Below are positions 58,086 to 64,000 of a DNA stretch of 64,000 nucleotides, piece after piece. Under the pieces are notes generated by a model. That model saw only the letters and a list, made by a program, of their open reading frames with translations, made no database searches and was not told where the DNA came from. Numbering within the stretch: the first letter of the stretch is position 1; every line of letters begins with the position of its first letter. Source of the DNA: Octopus sinensis. Its lineage: Eukaryota. The position numbers and the translations under genes are program-made. The stretch is from assembly GCF_006345805.1 (NCBI RefSeq), contig NC_043026.1, forward strand, positions 9,176,001-9,240,000, read 5' to 3'.

Positions 58086-59322
58086 GAGAAACTAAAGAAT
58101 CTGACTTTTCCAGAAGAAAAAGGGAAACAAAAATTGTCACATGTCTGTGATGTGTGTAAAAAGTCCTTCTCTGAAAAGGGTCACTTGTATAAGCGCAAAC
58201 GTATTCATACGGTAGAGAAGCCATTTCATTGTGACAACTGTGGTAAATCATTCTCTCAAAAGGGTCGCTTGAATATGCACAAGCGTATTCATACAGGGGA
58301 GAAACCATTTCACTGTGACACCTGTGGTAAATCATTCTCTCAAAATAATAACTTGACTAAACACAAACGTATTCATACTGGAGAGAAGCCTTATCGTTGT
58401 GATGTCTGTGGTAAATCATTCTCTGACCGAAGTGATTTAAATTCTCACAAGCGTATTCATACAGGAGACACCATATTCTTGTGATATCTGTGGTAAATCA
58501 TTCACTCAAAGTGGGAACTTAGCTAAACACAAACGTTTCCATACAGGAGAGAAGCTATATCAGTGCAACATCTGTGGCAAATCTTTCTCTGCCAGTAGGA
58601 ACCTAACTACTCATAAACGTATTCATACAGGAGAGAAGCCATATCAGTGCAACATCTGTGGCAAATCTTTCTCTTCCTGTAGTAACATAACTAAACACAG
58701 ACGTATTCATACAGGAGAGACACCACATTCTTGTGACATCTGTGGTACATCATTCTCTCAAAGTGGGAGTTTAAATGCTCACAAACGTATTCATACAGGA
58801 GAGAAGCTGTATTACTGCGACATCTGTGGCAAATCTTTCTCTCTTAGTAGTAACCTAACTACACATAAGCGTATTCATACAGGAGAGAAGCCCTATCACT
58901 GTGATGTCTGTGGTACATCATTCTCTCAAAGTGGGAACTTAACTGCTCACAAACGTATTCATACAGGAGAGAAGCTGTATCAGTGCGACATCTGTGGCAA
59001 ATCTTTCTCTCTTAGTACGAACCTAACTAGACATAAGCGTATTCATACAGGAGAGAAGCCCTATCACTGTGATGTCTGTGGTACATCATTCTCCTACCAA
59101 AGTGCTTTCATTTCTCACAAACATATTCATACAGGAGAGACACCATATTCTTGTGATATCTGTGGAAGGTCATTCACTCAACATGGCAACTTAACTTCTC
59201 ACAAACGTATTCATACAGGAGAGACACCATATTCTTGTGATATCTGTGGAAGGTCATTCACTCAACGTGGCAACTTAACTTCTCACAAACGTGTTCATCA
59301 GGGGAAGAAGCAATCCCACTGA
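58084..59322 (+). pseudogene. ZNF-H: ~14-finger C2H2 array; acceptor and ATG deleted; one 2-bp frameshift near 58467
   Basis: ORF 58134-58484, continuing in the shifted frame to KKQSH* (TGA 59320-59322). Confidence 0.85.
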
Positions 59323-62046
59323 TATTTGTGCTAAATCATAATCTGTAAGGGGTGACTGAACCCTTTACCATGCAGATTATTCTGTCGAATGTGAGGGTTA
59401 TTTATTCCCATTATTTTCAATTTGTCCTGCATTAACCCACAGCTTTCAAATTTTGATGATATGATTGTGTATTTTCACAATGACATTGTAGGGTAGGTGT
59501 AAGAAGCCGACTCTGACTAGTTTGATCATAAAATAGGTAGAATATTTGGGCCAGATATGGCTGGTTTAAATTCTAAAGAGTGGACACTAGATGCACCAAG
59601 TTGTCTGATCTGGCAGTGTTTCTACAGCTGGATGCCCTTCCTAATGCCAACCTGTCTGTGAGTGTAGTGGGTGCTTTTTACGTGCCACCTGCACAGGTGC
59701 CAGACGAGGCTGGCAAACGGCCACGATCGGATATTTTAAATACAGTCCTGCCCTGTCTCACTGTAGCATTGCTCTCCGCTAGTCCTGACCTGTATGTTCC
59801 ACCCCCATTCCCTGTCTTACTGTATTATTGCTACTGGCTTGCCCTCAACCTATGTCTTCCACCCACATGTAACAAGAAAACTTTTTACACACCCTGCCCC
59901 CAACAAACCAATCTACATCTCTTTTTCACATTCCTTCCATACACTATGCCTACCTCTCACTCCCCCAATCCTGTCCTCATGGTGCTGTTCATCTGTATCA
60001 TTGCTATCCGGTAGCCCCTGACCCTATATAATACCCAGGTTGTCATCACTCAACACCCCCTACACTCTAATCATGCTTCCTTTGCAGTATCCTATTCCTT
60101 TACTACCCACAAGGGGCTACACACAGAGAGGAGACAAACAAGGACAGATAAAGGGATTAAGTTGATTACATCGACCCCAGTGCGTAACTGGTACTTATTT
60201 AATCGACCCCGAAAGGATGAAAAGCAAAGTCGACCTCGGCGGAATTTGAACACAGAGCCTAACTTTTCTGCCAGCTCGCCACCTATGCAGTATCCTGTCC
60301 CTTATATTATGACGTTTGAACATCAAGGGTATGCCCTGGCACTTGCCACCATCTATATCTCCCTCTTCCTTTACTCAACCATCCTCATCTATGCTCTAAT
60401 CCCCTCCCTAGTGAATACGCCCATCATTTTGCCACAATGTCCATCGTGTTGTCTCCCACCCTTATCTCCGCCTGCATTTCCCTCAGGCTGGGTAACCATG
60501 TATCTCCTTTGTGGCGGCACACCCTTTCCTGATCTCTCTCTCTCTCTCTCTGGCCTGGTAAACTTGTACTTCCTCTACAGCAACAGACAGATCACAACAA
60601 AAGATGCTGCCCAACACACAAAACCAAGCCATGAAGATGCTACAGAATTTCAACTGTGATACAACTTCCACTGTTCCAGATAGAGTTACTTAAAACTTGC
60701 CAAACCTGTTACTTCACAATTTGTAAGACATTTATATACTCTTTACTCTTTTACTTGTTTCAGTCATTGACTTTGAGTAAGTCCTCAACACCACCGTCTT
60801 CCTTTCAAGCTCTTTTAACCATTTTTGGGGAGGTGTCAAGTCCAACACAAGAAATTCCTTTGCCATTTCAACACAAAGTTCAATTACAGTTCAAAATGTA
60901 AGAAAATAAAACAAGACACAAAAAAAGAAGGGAAGAAATAAAATAAAAAATAACAGTTCAAAAAGAGTTCTTTTATTTTTTAAATAAACGAAAGCTTTGA
61001 AGAAGAGAGTTCAAATCCAGGCAAAGAAATAAATTAATTTTCGGCCGAAAAGGTACTCCTGGCCAAATGTACATAGGTTCCTTGGTATGAATCGTCTTTA
61101 CCCGTAATTGGTAAAAGAAATCCAAACACAATACTGGCTACAGCCAACGGTAACTGTAACAGGTTCTAATCATTAGGGCGAGGATACGTCCCTCCACTGT
61201 TTTTTTTTTTTTTAATGAATCCAAAATATTCCCACTAAATTCACAAAACAGCAGCCGCCGAGAGCAGGCGAAATTTGTTAACAAAAAAGAACAATATAAC
61301 AAATTACACCCAGCTCAGATAAAACAACATCACTTGCCTCGACAACCTTCTCTGTTTTTGTTCTTTTTTCTTGTAATTGGCCAGAGCCAAAACACTCACG
61401 TCCACCTTGCAAAAACAGTCCTTCCTGCCTTGGTAATCCACAGACACAAAGATAATTTTTGCGGAGGGGCTACGCCTCCTCGAAAACACAATTCTCACTG
61501 CAAAGTGAGTCTTTATAGGCGGCCACAGGCAGGCAAATGTCTGGAGCAGAGTGGAGTCTATTACTCACCAAAAAATAATAAATACAGGGCAACAAACTCC
61601 ACTAAACCCTCAAAATATATGACAAACGCCTACCTGTAGTCGAGCCTCAAAGTTCAATATTTCACGACGAAAGACGTGACATCAAGCAGCAAGAACTCTC
61701 CGCCAAAAACAAACACGTCCGTCTCCGACAAAGGTAGCCAAGCTACTTACCACACAACTACTCCTGTTTACTCAATTTGAAAACTCTTTGTATTGTCTTT
61801 TGTCTCCTGTGTCTGTGTGTGTGCGCCTAAGTTCATATATGAGTAGTGTCCCTTTAATATCACGCAAAAATTGATAAAAATTTGAGAATTAAAATTAAAT
61901 ATCTTTTTTCTAATTGATAGAATTTTACTAAACCTTTGGATGGCAAATTGAAAATAATGTGAATATATAAACATCACATTCGACAGAATAACGTGCATGG
62001 TAAAGGGTTTCAGTAACCCCTTAGAGATTATGATTTAGTTTAAATA

Positions 62047-63051
62047 TTAGTGGGATTGCTTCTTCCCCTTATGAACACATTTGTGAGAAGTTAAGCTGCT
62101 ATGTTGAGTAAATAACCTTCCACAGATATCACAAGAATATGGTGTCTCTCCTGTATGAATACGTTTATGGGTCATTAGGTTACTACTGGTAGAGAAAGAT
62201 TTATTACAGACATCACAAGAATATGGTGTCTCTCCTGTATGAATACGTTTATGTTTATCTAAGTTGCCACTTTGAGAGAATGATTTACCACAGATTTCAC
62301 AGTGAAATAGTGTCTCTCCTGTATGAATACGTTTGTGTAAAGTCAAATAAATATTTTGAGAGAATAATTTACCACAGATATCACAAGAATATGGTGTTTC
62401 TCCTGTATGAATACGTCTGTGTCCAGTTAAGTTAGAACTCACGGTGAATGATTTACCACAGATATCACAAGGATATGGTGACTCTCCTGTATGAATACGT
62501 TTATGATAAGTTAGAGCACTTTTACCAGGAAATAATTTACCACAGATATTACAGGAATATGGCTTCTTCCCTGTATGAATACGCTTGTGATTAGTTAAAG
62601 CACTTCTTTGAGAGAATGATTTACCACAGATGTCACATTGAAATGGCTTCTCTCCTGTATGACAATGCTGGTGATTACTTAAAACACTTTGGTCAGAGAA
62701 TCTTGTACCACAGACACTACAATGATATGGTGACTCTCCTGTATGAATACGTTTATGTTGAGTTAGAGCACTTTTATCAGAAAATGATTTACCACAGATA
62801 TTACAGGAATATGGCTTCTCTCCTGTATGAATACGTTTATGTTTAGCTAAGTTGCCACTTTGAGAGAATGATTTACCACAGATTTCACAGTGAAATGGCT
62901 TCTCTCCTGTATGAATACGTTTGTGACTATTTAAGTTACATTTACTTGAGAAAGACTTTTTACACACATCACAGTCATGTGACAATTTTTGTCTCTCTTT
63001 TTTGCTAACTTCTGGTAAAATCTGTTCCTTCACTTTCTCACTCTTTTCCAT
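62047..63051 (-). CDS. ZNF-I: C2H2 protein, 11 fingers (334 aa), intact; closest paralog of ZNF-G
   Basis: Uninterrupted ORF; acceptor at 63408; exon 1 lies beyond the window. Confidence 0.95.
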   Translation of the reverse strand: MEKSEKVKEQILPEVSKKERQKLSHDCDVCKKSFSSKCNLNSHKRIHTGEKPFHCEICGKSFSQSGNLAKHKRIHTGEKPYSCNICGKSFSDKSALTQHKRIHTGESPYHCSVCGTRFSDQSVLSNHQHCHTGEKPFQCDICGKSFSQRSALTNHKRIHTGKKPYSCNICGKLFPGKSALTYHKRIHTGESPYPCDICGKSFTVSSNLTGHRRIHTGETPYSCDICGKLFSQNIYLTLHKRIHTGETLFHCEICGKSFSQSGNLDKHKRIHTGETPYSCDVCNKSFSTSSNLMTHKRIHTGETPYSCDICGRLFTQHSSLTSHKCVHKGKKQSH

Positions 63052-64000
63052 TATTTTTCCTTCAACTTCACAATATACGTTCTTTTTTTATTCTTTTTGC
63101 TCCTATAGTCTTTTGTTTACAAATATTTCAACTGTTGTATTTCTGGCCACTGTTACCTTTGTCACAAAACAACTAAATTTATCCACATTCAATCTGCAAA
63201 CAGGCTCATCTTGTAGACACTCCAGCCAATGATGTCCAGAAGGTTTGCAAATAACACATTTCAGAGTAAATATATCAGAGGAATTCCACCACAGATTTAT
63301 AGAAACAATCTTATATATCTGTTCTGTACAATATTTCCATTTTGGTCTTTAAAAAGCTGATAAATAATGAGAATGTATCTTCAGTTATGCCAATGTCATC
63401 TGATATTCTGAAATAATAAAGAAACAACAGTGTAAGATATAGAGGCTACTTAAAAAAATACAGATTCAACATTTCCATGAAGATAAACTTTAGAAATAAA
63501 CATTTAACTGAACAACAGAACTTTCTAATTTATTAATATTTATATCAGCTTAGCACTTATTCTATCAGCCACTTTTGCCAAACCACAGGTTTATGGGGAC
63601 ATAAACACACCAACACTGTTTGTCAAGTGTTGAAGGGGTGGGAGGACAACACCCACACCCACACATATATATATATTGGGCTTCCTTCAGTTTCCATCTC
63701 CCAAATCCATTCACAAAGCCAGAGGATATTGTAGAAAATGCATGTCTGTGACTAGTTACCTAACAGCTCACAATTTCTTCTCTTTAACTCCATATAGGGA
63801 AAAAATTATTGGAAATAGTCATTACTCACTTTGCCCCATGAGGAGATTTCACGAATGATTACAAAAAGTTTATCAGCCAAGCAAATGGCCTTCCCTGAAT
63901 GCATTGAAAACATTATAACAGAATCACTATTTCAGGAAATTATCATTGTTCTCTTTGAGTGTGTAGAAAGAGAAATTTGGCAGAGGCAAGAAAAGGTGAA

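Overview
Eukaryotic, AT-rich, repeat-dense window. It is not prokaryotic, and no CRISPR array, rRNA or true tRNA gene was found. It holds a cluster of nine paralogous tandem-C2H2 (TGEKPY-linker) zinc-finger genes or pseudogenes, labelled A-I here, none with a recognisable KRAB/SCAN/BTB/ZAD effector domain. The SINE/RTE/MITE landscape and gene style suggest a coleoid cephalopod, probably Octopus (inference). Two nested segmental duplications organise the window. One is a ~7.8-kb head-to-tail unit (A, B, truncated C; 1-15754). The other is an ~11-13.7-kb unit (from ~34430 to the end) carrying a head-to-head ZNF pair with a copy-number-variable 256-bp satellite between the promoters. The seven paralogs whose 5' ends are visible share an inferred two-exon layout: a SINE remnant, an invariant TACGCATGCGCA motif, a non-coding exon 1 with a GT(A/G)AGT donor, a TTTCAG acceptor (deleted in H), one coding exon, and an old MITE just after the stop codon. 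The most interesting items are: (1) an ORF1-like CCHC-knuckle retroelement and a SINE family that both appear to insert at the GGTA of tRNA-derived SINE heads; (2) amino-acid differences between the two closest ZNF paralogs concentrated in the recognition helix; (3) the bidirectional promoter/satellite cassette. Many frameshifts fall in homopolymer or dinucleotide runs and may be long-read consensus errors.
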